A program made the translations under genes and the position numbers. Positions 11,201 through 21,665 of a stretch of DNA of 39,172 bases are shown piece after piece; within the stretch, counting starts at the first letter, position 1; every line of letters starts with the position of its first letter. Under the pieces are notes generated by a model. The model ran no database searches, had not been told where the DNA came from, and was given only the letters and a program-made list of their open reading frames with translations. Origin of the DNA: Catajapyx aquilonaris (Eukaryota); assembly GCA_000934665.2 (NCBI GenBank), contig JYFJ02003658.1, forward strand, positions 1 to 39,172, written 5' to 3'.

Positions 11201-14200
11201 CTCAACAAATCATCAGTCCTCTCCTTCCAACATGCAACCATGCTTGGTGACAGAACTCCACTCCTACCACAAGACCTTGCCTACACAAAGAGCCCACCTG
11301 AACATGGCCCTTATGATTTCCATCCTGACCTTTTTGGGGCATCCTTCAGAAAATATTGTGAAGACTTTTTGTGCAAGACATTGCTGGACATCTTTCTCAA
11401 TGGACTGGGCAAGACAAGTTAAGACTGTTTTAAATTCAAGCTGCAGGGCGAACCTGCTTTTTTGCCATCTACAACCCCAACCTAAGGAACCTGATGGACT
11501 GGAAGGGTTTCCAGGAACTTTTTTGGAACAAATATAGGACGCCCCAACAATTTACCAACCTGGTGGAGGATGTGTAGAATATGATGCAGCAATGGGCTAA
11601 CAAATCCGTACAAGAATTTGCAACAAGCTTATGCCAAGTACAAGGGGAGTTGCCAATTATTGTGGGAGCCTAGCCCAGCCCAAGACAAACCTGACTATTG
11701 ATGTACTGAATTTGTGTCAATTTAAGGTAGGACTGTTGTCTGACAATCTCAAGCACTGCCTCTCCTACAATGAACCTAGCACCTGTCATTGAGGCCATCA
11801 AAATCGCAGCGCCGGGTGCAGGATACAATTCTTGGCCCTTTGGAGACTGGTAACACAGTGATCTAAAATTATACTCATCACAATAATTTTGCTCTGGAGC
11901 GAGCCACATGACTGCATATCAAAATAAAATGCAAAGCATATTTTCTCATGCCAACTATACCTCCATTCCCTTTCATAAAATCCAGGACTTTCTGAGTCAC
12001 TTTCTTCAAGGTACTTGAGTATTGGTTGAGCAAAATACTGACAACTTCGCTCCAAAAAGGTAGTAGTCACAATGGGGTGTCGAATTGTCACTATATCATC
12101 ACCTTCTTCTGGACTCTGAAATACAAACTCGTGAGTAATCAATGTAATTGGCATGAGCTAAGGAACACTTTACAGTATTGTGAGACAGCTTCTTCTGATG
12201 TGAATGTGTTGATGTACTCCTCCGTCCATTTGGCGGAGGGGATTCACCCCTGTTACAAAACAAACGGTTAGAAACATGCTTCAGTCACGGCACAAAAACA
12301 AAACTTTCTGAAGGTGCAATATGCAAATTAAATTCATAATGGGTTTTCCCATAAATTATTATCAGGCCATGGGGGATAGTAAATGAGTATCCCCTTGCTT
12401 ACTCTTGCTAGCAATATATTATGACAGTAACCGTCATTTTCTTATTGGGCTTTTAAATAACTCGTTTCACCCTGTTCTTAATGATCACCAGGGTTTTGCC
12501 AAGACTCACTTCCAACAGCAAGCATTCTGAATTTAGCAGTGTCTGTACACACTCACACAGTGAAGATGGGTGAAGACGTTGAACTTGTAGATTTTGTCTC
12601 CTCTTTATAATTAGCATCTTTGGCCTGAAATACAGTGCAGTTTATTTAGTACCTGCAAGATTCCATCTAACAAATACTTACTTTAGCTCGAACATAGTTT
12701 GCAACAGTTTTGGCCAACTGGGCCACATCTGGACTGGGGTCACGCTCCAGATTTAGTAAGCCTTGCCACAGCTTTAGGTAGATGCTACCAAATGATAAAC
12801 TAGGTAATGAAGGAAGTGATCCGTATACCATGTTAGCAATGGATGACGCTGATGCTACTTTTCTTATGCGATCAAAAACACCTGAGGTGCCTCCTGGCAG
12901 AAGCAACTCTGCAGGAGGAAGTGGGACTTCTAAACTGGGGGTTAAGGGAGCCATGGGACTACGTCGTTCACGACTGCTAGCCCTTGGTAAGGTGCTATCA
13001 GGTCCAACAGTCAGCTGATAGCTATTCTCCAGTCTTTCTTCCTCTTCTTGCAAATGAGCAGCCACAGCCACAAATGAAGTTTCAAAAATAAGTACTACCC
13101 ATTGCAATGCCACAACCAATTCCTGAAATGACAGTAATTAATATGATTGTTTTACTGGTATCCAGCTTTGACCTTACCATTCGGACTAATGGGCTGCCAT
13201 CAGTAGTAACCACATTCACAAGTGTCATAGCAATTGAGTGGTCAATGTTGTTGGCATGCTCACTTCTTTCTGTCACACTGTTGATGAATGTCCCAAGAGA
13301 CCATACAGCTGAGGCTCTCACCTGCAAGTTATCACTTAGAAATTTCTTCCACTAAAAGCAGGAAAACCTCATTAAGACCAAGTTCAAGGGTCTTAAAATG
13401 CCTCCTTATATTAGTGGGCTTCTTAACATCCATACCTTCAATATTTTAATAAAGCTACATGCCTTACAGCTTTCGGCCATATACCGAAAGACTCAAATGC
13501 ATGGACATACATGGAGAAATGAGTAGCAATAATGTACACCCGCGAGCATAAAGATGGAGACGGCCGGCCGTCACCTTCGGCAGGCTGCTCTGTCAATCTC
13601 AGCAATTACGGTATCAAATATACTGTCATAAATACACGGACACACGCTTAAAGCAGCAAACTCGGTCCAAAAAATAGTTCATTAATTTGAGTCGGATAAA
13701 GAAAGGTCAAAAAAGGGCCTGCCGTCTCCATCTTTATGCTCGCGGGGGCACATGCCAGGCCATGGTAAATCTCAAAATACAGCTTTTAAAAAGATACGTG
13801 GGTCATTGAAAAATAATCTTTCATCCAATTGCTTCAAACTTGTACATTGCAAGGTGTCATGTTATTACAACCTATGGTGGACTAATACTTCACTCATGCC
13901 ACCTACACCTGAACAGGAGGTCACTGAACATTTGACAAGCTCTGCTTTTTAGATGCAACTTTTATTGTGCTTTGTAGTTTCGAAGCTTTCAATGCTACAT
14001 GGATGTAAATGGTACACTTGGAAAGCTGTTCAACAGCGCTATCATAGCAATGTACTTACGCCATTGAATATCATAATGCACCAATGTTAAAAGCTGTTAT
14101 TGATTGTAACCCTTGACCCAGTTTCTCTCAAAAGTATTTCATTTTAATTCCATTTTGCTTGCAGAATGAGGACAACAATGGGGGTCTTTTTAAGCCAAGA

Positions 14201-17200
14201 ATCAGTGGGCCCTCCAAGGCTGCTGAGAAATAAATTTGAAAAATCCCGGTTAGTGTACATGATTGGGTTAATCCACATAAAGAGGATCATAAAAACTATT
14301 GTTTGACCCACACTTCTGAGAGTTTGATACAAATTTTTACATAATATGGTGTTGCGGAATTGTAATGCTTGCCTGAATTCGCTTTGAATGGAACCATCTG
14401 CACATGGGTCGCTAAATATTTTACCCAAAGCACAATTACCTTGAACAATAATTGTTTTCCCCTTTGCAGGCAGTGGAGCAATAAATATTTCAAAGTCGCA
14501 CACCACAGACCCCATATAGGTTCTGCAGCTAAAATTTGGGATATAAGTCTTGTATATAATAGTTATCTAATGAAATAGGTATCATCAAGAAACTCGATTA
14601 CCTCATTTGCACCATTCCCTCGTGAGATAGCATTAATGAGGTTTTCCTGTAACTCCTAAAAATTACTCTACCTCTGGAACTGTATCAGTCAACAAAGTAT
14701 ACAGCTTCTCATGTGCAATATCCCGCACTCCACACCAACGAGCTGCAGGAAAGTTGGTCCAAAGGCGACCCAGGCAAAGAGCCAACCATTGGCGAAGCAG
14801 TGTGTTGGCATCACTCAGTTGCTCCAGACATACTGATACCAAATTTCCTTGCAGTGCTGCTTCTTGACCTGGAGTGAAATTTCCCACAATGGAAGCAAGA
14901 ACAAATGCCGCTAGGGTGCGATGCTCGCCCTGGTGACCAATCACGTGTAAGTGTAATAAAATGATAATATGCAGGATGTCTCATTTTAAATATGTACCGG
15001 CATTGATGGATCCTGTAGCACTGCCAAAAAGTACTTGTGCCCATTATCTCGAACCAAGTCAGCTTGACAGCTCTGTAAAAAAAGTCATGATTACTCATGT
15101 AGTTTTGTGGCAGTTTTGCATGATTATACATACACTGTCCACAGCCATTATCTTAGCCCAAATGAAGACCAGGAGTGGCCTTAGTTCTCTTGCTGAACTT
15201 TGCAGAAGCTTCAGTACGTATGGAAAGATGCCAACAGAAAGAGCAAGGCTGACAGCCCATGGGCCTAAGTCCAAGAAGCGTCCCAAGAGCTCCAGTGCCC
15301 GCAATCTGTGGACTTGGCTGAGCAGTACTTGCAGCACAATTGGAAGCTGCTCAGGTGGAGTCCGCCTGTTGGGCGTACATGAGAGCCACACTTGGAAGGC
15401 AGTGAGTTGCTCCTCAAAGAATGGAGAATGTTGAAATTGGTCTTCATGATCTAGGATGTTGGGAAGTTGTGCTAGGCATATGTCTAATGCCAAGTCCCAT
15501 GCCTGCCACATCGGATGCTGGTGGGTTGAGGGCAAGCGAGGCGAAGATAAGGGACTGCAGTCATATGAACGCATTATGCGTTCTGCCAGCAAAAAGTTGC
15601 GAAAGAGACTGGCCACCAACAGATCTTGTCGAAAAAGTTTCTGAAACAACTCTGGAATTTAAAGAAAAAAGTATTACAACTTTGGAAAAACAACTTAGTG
15701 GATACAGGTATTCACCTCTAGGAAGGGTATTCCAGGCAATGGTATCTGTGATGGCAGTAAATATCCAATTCAGTTCCCCTAAAATTGTTCTGCGATCAGT
15801 AAGCTGTCCAGGAATCCTGACAAGAAAAGTATGAGAACATGAATTCCCAGTTTTCATCAAAATTAGCCAGCCCTCCCCAATTTACCCATGCGCCTAGCCT
15901 TAAAAGTCTTAAAACTAATTGCTCAGGTGTTACTTCAGATATTTTGTGAATATTTGAAGGAGCCAACAAAACAATTCTGCTGTCATGATATTATTGAATG
16001 TAAGGGACAATCCTCCATTTAAAAATTAATTTCTCGGTATGAGTACCATAGGAGCCAAAAAAATATCCAACAACTACAGACATGTACACTGGAATACACT
16101 GAATGTACTATGATAATCTCAGATACAGACAACATTGCAATACGAAAATAATACCTATTTTCTCTTGTACATGTTACTGTTATTCGCAACTAAAGTCAAG
16201 AAACAAACTGGTACTCACTTGTCAATCATATCAAGAGTGACTTGAGGAACAAGACGAGTATTATTCTGCATAACAAACCTGCAAATATGAAGGATAGGCT
16301 AGCATAAAAATAATACACAAAAACAACAGAAATATCATGTCCAAACTTGTCATACCAACGAAGAGCTATTTTGATCGGGGTAGTTAAGCATGATGTAAAG
16401 AGATCAGCAGGAAGCAAGGGATTCATTGGCAAAACTTCATTGGCAGCACAAGCAGCTAACTGGATGCAGTGTTTAAAAGATGGGCCTTGTCCCATAGATG
16501 ATATTTGCCCTCTGCTTTGCAACATTATCTGCAGGAATCAAATCCATTGCTATTATCCTTGTGACCCTTGATTATGTTTTCCAACACTTCTACAGCAATA
16601 CTTCACCTCGTGTTCCTTTTCATGTTGCTCTGCAAACTGACGAAATGACTCCACTACAATGCCAGCACCTGAACAATCATAAACATAAATGGATGGCGAA
16701 CCCATCCATGTTTGCAAGTCATATATTGACAAAGGAATATACTGTGTGTAACTCTAGAGGAAAAAACAGAGATGATTATTTTCCTACACTTATGACAGAT
16801 GCACATTAATCATAAGAAACTGACCCTATTGAATACCCAAATTTCTCCATTTGTTGTGGGCTTGGGTACACCATGACCATTATAGTGAAATAACACTCGC
16901 TCTTCCTTGGCATTGCGACGCAGAGATGAGCACAACTTCTTTACCTCATCTGCAGTGGGATCAAGGCTCTGCTTGTAGCGTGCACGTGGCTGCCATCTTT
17001 CATACTGCTTTTGCAGTGCATTTCCAATCATTTCTAAAGCTTTCTGAGATGTAAATGAAAGTGGATCTGCAAACAAAAAGAAAAAAGTAATGCAAGGAAG
17101 CAAAATGAATATCACCGGATCCCTTACCAATCCAGCACTCATATCTAGCACAGGGTTGTGTTTTGACAACATCTGGAGGATCAACACCCACGTTCAGGCA

Positions 17201-20200
17201 TAACACCAAAGCCACACTCACAGTCTTCATCTGAAAAAAATTTAAAAATTAAGTTTACACTTTCAATACACACATTTGTAAGTGTGTGCATGATCCTTTA
17301 TTTCTCAATCTAATCTAATCTTCTATCTAATGGCTTGAAATCAGTGGAGGATGTAATTCAATTCAGAATGTAATTAGTGTATGAAGTCCATGTATATGTG
17401 TATGGAGCCTTGAAATGAGTGGAATGGGAGGCAGCTCAATTCATTGCAGAAAGGGCATGGATTGGAAGTAAAACAAATTGGAAGTGAATGGAATCAAAAC
17501 ATACAGTAAAAATGGGAGTAAATTGAAAATTGTTGGTGGATTGGGGGAGCCAAAGCAACTAAGGCTATCTGGCATAGCAGAGGATGAGAGGGGGAAGAGA
17601 GATTTTTGGACTGTGGGAGGAAACGACGAGAAGCCCGAGAAAACCCTCACGCAGAGAACTTCTTGACACCCTTTCCACATGAGAATAATTGTCTGTCCAA
17701 TCTGCGATCGATTGCAGGACTTCAGAGGTGGAAGGCTGTAACATTAGCCACTTCAGCACCATACTGCCCTCGAAAAAAGGGGGAAATGAATGGTGAATAG
17801 AAACAACTGTGGTTAGTAATGGCTGATAATCAATTTGGAATAGAATTGGTAATTGAAAAGATTGGAGCAAAAGGAAGTGGGTGGAATGGATTTGAGTGGC
17901 TGACACATTGATCAATTTATTGAGTGGGAAGATGCAAAAGCACGAAGCTATCTGGCTAAAAGAAGAGAGGGAGAGGAGGAGGCAGGGAAGGGGAGGGAAG
18001 GAAGAGAAGCTAAAAGGGAGCATCTCCCTTGGCCTGGCTCTTAAACGTGTTCCAACTGAAATGTCTGTAGTGTTTACAGATGTTTTGGCCCTCAGCTACT
18101 TATTATTCAGCAGTAATTTTCTAATGGTTATTTCTAGTACTTAATGTAAGATTAACTGCTAGTAATAGATTGAATGGAAACATTCATTCAAACCGTGACT
18201 TGTGATGAATTCCTGAGGTGAAGACATTGTGACTCACCCTTTTTGGCCCACATGGATCTGGGGTCAATGGTTGGACCACTTTTCAAAACCTATCTGCATG
18301 AATTTAAAAGCATGAATCCATTCATTCTGGTAGCAGTTACATTTTTGACACTGTCAAAAGTAGCTGTTCTAAAGTACTGTTTAAAGATGAGCATCTTCGA
18401 GCAGCTTTTACGATATTGCCTCACTTAAAGCGGCATGCTGGTGTAGTTGAGGTTAACCAGTTTTTAGAAATGCACGATCTGGTGGCTACACCAGCATGCC
18501 GGTCTAAGCGAGGTACGCATGTATAAGGCGAGGTTTACGGTGGGGATACAGAGAATCCAGACTTCTTCGAGTTACAACTCTGGCCGAAAGAGGAGACACT
18601 GGATCCCACCCTCCCTACACAAAAGAAGGGTCACATTTGCAGTTGACCATTGCCTCTAGGCACAATAAAACCTGTGAAAATTAGGGTTCTCCCAACTTCT
18701 AGTAGTTCTCAAATCAGTCAAATTTTGACAAAATTATTATTTGCCGAAAGGTTATAACTAAACATAAAATTCGCCTTCATTGGTCAGGAGCACCCATTTT
18801 TGGCGCATTTTTGGGTGCTTGTTACGACAACACTTAAAATTTCACAACTGTGTAAATTACTCCCACATGCAAATGACTTTTAAACATACTATATTAAGAA
18901 TATGGAGAAAGTACCACACACATGGGTAAGAGAGAGGTCAGTTACACTTACACAGAAAAAATTTCGGTTCTGCTGTTGTTTGTTAGCGAGATTTTTACTC
19001 CCCAATTCTCTTTATCCCCCCCCCCCCCTTAAGCACAGCATTATCACATTCTCTGTGAGAATTATTATTACTCAAACTAATGCATTACACGAAGTTCTAT
19101 GGTGCAGATACAGCCCAAGACACTGCCATTACCTGGCACATTCCATAAGATTGTTCATTAAGTTCAGATTTCAAGGTAACATTTTCAAGTGCAAGGCTGC
19201 AAGAAGGGAAGCATACATACCAGGATATTTCATACGTTGGGTTTGGATTTTATTATCTGAGTAACGAAGCTTCTGAGACATATTGATACCACTACACAAA
19301 GTGATCCTCTGATTGCCAGCAAGATCTGCGACCAGTGAACTATTGAGCAAAATGAAGGACTGAAGAGGAATTTGCCTTGATCCTTTGTAAGGTTCCCCTC
19401 TCAGAGCAGGTTGAATATGGGATTGGTCACACTCTATGCCCTGTGCAACAGATGAACTTGCATATTCTCAGCCCTGCATTCATATATTTTTCACCGTAAC
19501 ATTCTTTTAGTGCAGTATCCGATGGATTTCAAAAAATTTGACGAGGATCGAAATGATAGAAATCCATTTCGGTTATCGCTGCATGCCGGCCACCCCCGGG
19601 TTATACCGGCATGCTGGTCGCCCTCATTTTATACCGGCATGCCGCTTTAAGTGAGGTAATACGGTATGGATTTGAGTTAAGGTTAACTACAGAATTAGTC
19701 TTCGTGTAAGTTAACTTCACAGTGAACATTAACTCATGTTCATGCAACTGCCCCTTAGTGGGGAAAAAATCTATAAGGCAATTTCAATTGGAACACTATG
19801 TATAATAACAATACAATATGTAATAGTCATCCTAATTAATCTTAGGTGACGGCTGTATTATTGTCTCTGTGGCGATTCTGTTTTTCTGTTAAAAACCTTT
19901 CTGGCTTGAGAGACCCTACCGCTCCAAACCACCACTGGTATAGATCTCAGGGATGTCAGAGTTGATTGATTAATTGAGTGGGAAGAAGCCAAAGGAGCTA
20001 AGGCTAGCTGGCTATAAAAAAAGGAGATGGGAAAGAGAGAGGGAGAGAGGGGGGGGGGGGGAGNGGGGGGGGGAGTGTGAGAATTCAAGAAGATAGGAAA
20101 GGAAGCATATCTCTTGGTTTATATCCTAACCCACGAAGACCTTTCCAATTTGAAGCTACTCTCCGATTCTGAGGGGTCGGTGAGCCGCCCGAAAGTAGTG

Positions 20201-21030
20201 CCAAACATGCTTGGCACTACTGCTCTTCACAACAAAATGTGCAGTTTGTGTCGCGCTGCCACTACCGCATGGGCTGCCCATGATAATTAGGCATTCGAAT
20301 TACATGTACCAGCACTGTTTCTTCGAAAAATCCATAGATACCGGGGACTAATTTTGCGCCTCGGCAGCTCACCAATCCATCGGGTGTATGGGTACCCAAA
20401 AAGGTTCATACTTATGTGATTTGGAGTGGTGGTTGTTGGAGATACAAAAGCTCTCAAACAAAAGTTGATTAGAAAGGGCTATAAATGCTCAACAAATTCA
20501 GGAATCACTTGCGAAACCTTCCCTTGCTCCCAAAGACCATGGAGAGAAGGTCGGAAGGTTTTTGAAAAGTGGGAGGAAACAGGCGTACCCCAAGAAAATC
20601 CACATGAACATGGAGAGACATTTGGCTAAGTCTTATTACCTGCATCCTTCCTTTTTAGAAATTAAACTGCCAAACTGTTGTGGACACCCCAACATTTATC
20701 AGAACATGCAATTTAAGTGACTTGGGCCAATATTTATGTCACACTACCAACCTACTTCTCAAAGCTTCAGTTGAACCTGTTGCACCTGATCTCTCACGCA
20801 GGCCTACATATCAACAAATTCAACCTCCGCTTAATAGCATTACCTACTGCACAAAATTGCCAACCTACCCGCTCTTTCATTCGCCAGGACTGTGCCCCAG
20901 TGCCTGACTCATCCAGCTTGTCCAGCATCTGCCTCTTGGCAAACGTAAGAGGCAGCTGCATATCACTACAATCACTGGTATCCTCATCGTCTTCCTCCAC
21001 TAGGTACGGTTTATTCGCTCCAACCGACAT
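5103..21030 (-). CDS. RPTOR: Regulatory-associated protein of mTOR (Raptor), complete multi-exon CDS, 21 coding exons, 3744 nt, about 1247 aa
   Basis: Recognisable Raptor sequences: RNC domain ([59 protein letters not shown]), armadillo region ([44 protein letters not shown]) and C-terminal WD40 repeats ([20 protein letters not shown]). All 21 exons join through GT-AG introns with consistent phase. Confidence 0.97.
5386..5502 (-). CDS. RPTOR: Raptor exon 20 (VSGDVRFFE...[15 protein letters not shown])
   Basis: Translated by hand; CAG acceptor, GTAAAT donor. Confidence 0.92.
5563..5722 (-). CDS. RPTOR: Raptor exon 19 ([20 protein letters not shown]...WREHSSWVV)
   Basis: Translated by hand; CAG acceptor, GTGAGT donor. 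Confidence 0.93.
5917..7326. mobile_element. Fold-back DNA element family A, copy 2 (opposite orientation, Raptor intron 18), carrying a nested insertion
   Basis: TA-CCTTACCCAAATTCC...GGGATTTGGGTAAAG-TA; the central spacer is the reverse complement of that in copy 1. Confidence 0.88.
6676..7147. mobile_element. Non-autonomous piggyBac-type element nested in family A copy 2
   Basis: TTAA-CCCT...AGGG-TTAA; the empty site CAGTTGTTAACTGTCAAAT is intact in copy 1 (about 3171-3189); subterminal motif AACCRTGACGTGGGRTC near both ends and once internally. Confidence 0.85.
7558..8325. mobile_element. Palindromic Tc1/mariner derivative: two left ends head-to-head, each with the transposase N-terminal HTH
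   Basis: TA-CAGGGTGGGCGAAAAGTCCCAGG...CCTGGGACTTTTCGCCCACCCTG-TA; near-identical arms of about 365 bp with a spacer of about 40 bp; both arms encode [20 protein letters not shown]...RARFGK...NLFKWEKK, resembling the DUF4817-type HTH of arthropod Tc1/mariner transposases. Confidence 0.9.
8512..8664 (-). CDS. RPTOR: Raptor exon 18 ([10 protein letters not shown]...[15 protein letters not shown])
   Basis: CAG acceptor, GTAGGT donor; WD40. Confidence 0.94.
8722..8951 (-). CDS. RPTOR: Raptor exon 17 (IWTWENG...[11 protein letters not shown]...LVTAWQA)
   Basis: CAG acceptor, GTGAGT donor; WD40. Confidence 0.94.
9013..9183 (-). CDS. RPTOR: Raptor exon 16 (YLRNARLR...[16 protein letters not shown])
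   Basis: CAG acceptor, GTGACC donor; start of the WD40 region. Confidence 0.93.
9320..9656 (+). mobile_element. tRNA-derived SINE
   Basis: A box TGGCGCCGCGG (9333-9343), B box GGTTCAATCC (9376-9385), AT-rich tail, 11-bp TSD ACATCAGAAAT at 9309-9319 and 9657-9667. Confidence 0.88.
9890..10833. mobile_element. pogo/Tigger-like non-autonomous element
   Basis: Perfect 23-bp TIR CAGTCGAATCCCTCTATAACGAA with TA flanks; repeated subterminal ATAACGAA motifs. Confidence 0.9.
10836..11880 (+). mobile_element. Decayed LTR retrotransposon remnant (LTR 3' end, tRNA-His PBS, gag-like relic)
   Basis: ...CTAACA-AGA-TGGTGCCATGACCAGAATT (10946-10964) matches 17/19 of the complement of the arthropod tRNA-His 3' end as I recall it (TGGTGCCGTGACCAGGATT); downstream peptide LLDIFLNGL is weakly gag-like; boundaries approximate. 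Confidence 0.5.
11961..12115 (-). CDS. RPTOR: Raptor exon 15 (SPEEG...[10 protein letters not shown]...YEREWR)
   Basis: CAG acceptor, GTATAG donor; conserved YFAQP and EREWR. Confidence 0.92.
12174..12249 (-). CDS. RPTOR: Raptor exon 14 ([25 protein letters not shown])
   Basis: CAG acceptor, GTAAAG donor; restores phase 0 after exon 13. Confidence 0.75.
12557..12624 (-). CDS. RPTOR: Raptor exon 13 ([22 protein letters not shown])
   Basis: CAG acceptor, GTGAGT donor; Ser/Thr-rich hinge; phase fits both neighbours. Confidence 0.75.
12682..13122 (-). CDS. RPTOR: Raptor exon 12 (ELVVALQW...[11 protein letters not shown]...YVRAK)
   Basis: CAG acceptor, GTAAGT donor; includes the regulatory linker. 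Confidence 0.93.
13178..13321 (-). CDS. RPTOR: Raptor exon 11 ([12 protein letters not shown]...DGSPLVRM)
   Basis: CAG acceptor, GTAAGG donor. Confidence 0.94.
13537..13748. mobile_element. Small MITE
   Basis: TIR CCCGCGAGCATAAAGATGGAGACGGC / GCCGTCTCCATCTTTATGCTCGCGGG; flanks TA and CA. Confidence 0.8.
14672..14929 (-). CDS. RPTOR: Raptor exon 10 (GEHRTLAAF...TDTVPE)
   Basis: CAG acceptor, GTAGAG donor; [14 protein letters not shown] motif. Confidence 0.94.
14998..15072 (-). CDS. RPTOR: Raptor exon 9 ([25 protein letters not shown])
   Basis: CAG acceptor, GTACAT donor; conserved peptide. Confidence 0.93.
15134..15651 (-). CDS. RPTOR: Raptor exon 8 (ELFQKLFRQ...WAKIMAVDS)
   Basis: CAG acceptor, GTATGT donor; matches ORF 15095..15649. 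Confidence 0.96.
15716..15816 (-). CDS. RPTOR: Raptor exon 7 ([33 protein letters not shown])
   Basis: CAG acceptor, GTGAAT donor; highly conserved peptide. Confidence 0.95.
16219..16278 (-). CDS. RPTOR: Raptor exon 6 ([20 protein letters not shown])
   Basis: CAG acceptor, GTGAGT donor; phase 2-2. Confidence 0.9.
16356..16528 (-). CDS. RPTOR: Raptor exon 5 (IMLQ...CIQLAAC...[10 protein letters not shown])
   Basis: CAG acceptor, GTATGA donor; conserved motif. Confidence 0.92.
16607..16753 (-). CDS. RPTOR: Raptor exon 4 ([28 protein letters not shown]...HEKEHE)
   Basis: Absent from the ORF track; translated by hand; TAG acceptor, GTGAAG donor. Confidence 0.93.
16825..17066 (-). CDS. RPTOR: Raptor exon 3 (DPLSF...EIWVFNR)
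   Basis: CAG acceptor, GTCAGT donor; [17 protein letters not shown] and HYNGHGVP. Confidence 0.95.
17128..17230 (-). CDS. RPTOR: Raptor exon 2 ([20 protein letters not shown]...ECWI)
   Basis: CAG acceptor, GTAAGG donor, conserved RNC sequence. Confidence 0.95.
17603..17660 (-). repeat. SINE core-domain remnant; related remnant at about 20558..20620
   Basis: TTTGGACTGTGGGAGGAAAC...GAGAAAACCCTCACGCA resembles the reverse complement of a widespread SINE central domain; two diverged copies in Raptor intron 1. Confidence 0.45.
18411..19664. mobile_element. Tc2/pogo-like non-autonomous element in Raptor intron 1
   Basis: TA-CGATATTGCCTCACTTAAAGCGGCATGCTGG...CCGGCATGCCGCTTTAAGTGAGGTAATACGG-TA; GCATGC-centred subterminal repeats at both ends. 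Confidence 0.82.
20869..21030 (-). CDS. RPTOR: Raptor coding exon 1 (MSVGANKP...QSWRMKER)
   Basis: ATG at 21030; ends with the conserved QSWRMKER followed by donor GTAGGT; phase 0. Confidence 0.9.
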
Positions 21031-21269
21031 CTCGCTGTCCTTAACACCAACTTTTCATTTCAGGGCAAAACTTCAGCCCGACAACGTGCACACCACATTG
21101 CCAACACTCCAACCTTCATAACCCTCTCGGGGCATGCAGTTATCAAAGACCTTGTGACCTGGACCACATTTTGCATACTCCAGTGTTCCCCTGACTCGTT
21201 TACAATATCATTCTCTCAAACAGCTCTCCTGATGCCCGCCTCTCTCATGGACGAAAAACACCTGGGACC

Positions 21270-21665
21270 ACGCCGCTATCCAATAGACCTGGCTGCTTCT
21301 TGTTGCGTCGCGTGCTTCACAATCAGTACTGCTCTGGTCACGTTACATAAAGTGTAGTGCAAATCGATACTATAGTTGTGCAATGATATCGCCCGCATCT
21401 GCAAGTACGTAGTTGCAAAAGTACAAGATTGGTGGCGCAACTGTTGTGACGATTGTTGCGACGCGTGGCGGACGCTGGTGACAAATTGGGGGCATTCAGG
21501 GAAAAATCCGAAAAATCGATGTCGCGATTGTAGCGCTATCAGGAGGACTTTTGTGTAAATATGGGAGATTTTAATATCTGCTACTGTTCGATGGCTGATA
21601 CGTTTTAACGACAACAGTAGCACTGTTACAATAATTGACCGGTGCTCGCAGTCAGAAGTGTAAGT
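21270..21665. promoter_or_regulatory. Putative CpG-rich bidirectional promoter (Raptor on minus, orphan gene on plus) with a DRE motif
   Basis: CpG is visibly dense here compared with the CpG-poor gene bodies; DRE consensus WATCGATW (AATCGATA) at 21362-21369 and a near match at 21514-21521; plus-strand donor GTAAGT at 21660-21665 suggests the end of a first exon. Confidence 0.6.

Noticed and set aside
12403..12471. Possible cryptic or poison exon in Raptor intron 13 (CAG...GTAAGC)
   Set aside because: Stops in all three frames and a weak polypyrimidine tract; unsupported without RNA data
14961..15834. Plus-strand ORFs of 137-157 aa, and similar ones at 8535, 12782, 20717, 27847 and the minus ORF 38304
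   Set aside because: Antisense shadows of Raptor, TECPR1 or IR coding exons
20040..20075. Long G-runs containing N (also 32055-32085), as G-quadruplex candidates
   Set aside because: Homopolymers with ambiguous bases; length is unreliable, so no structural claim is made
20160..20390. Degenerate inverted repeat (GGTGAGCCGCC / GGCAGCTCACC)
   Set aside because: Probably an old MITE, but termini cannot be fixed
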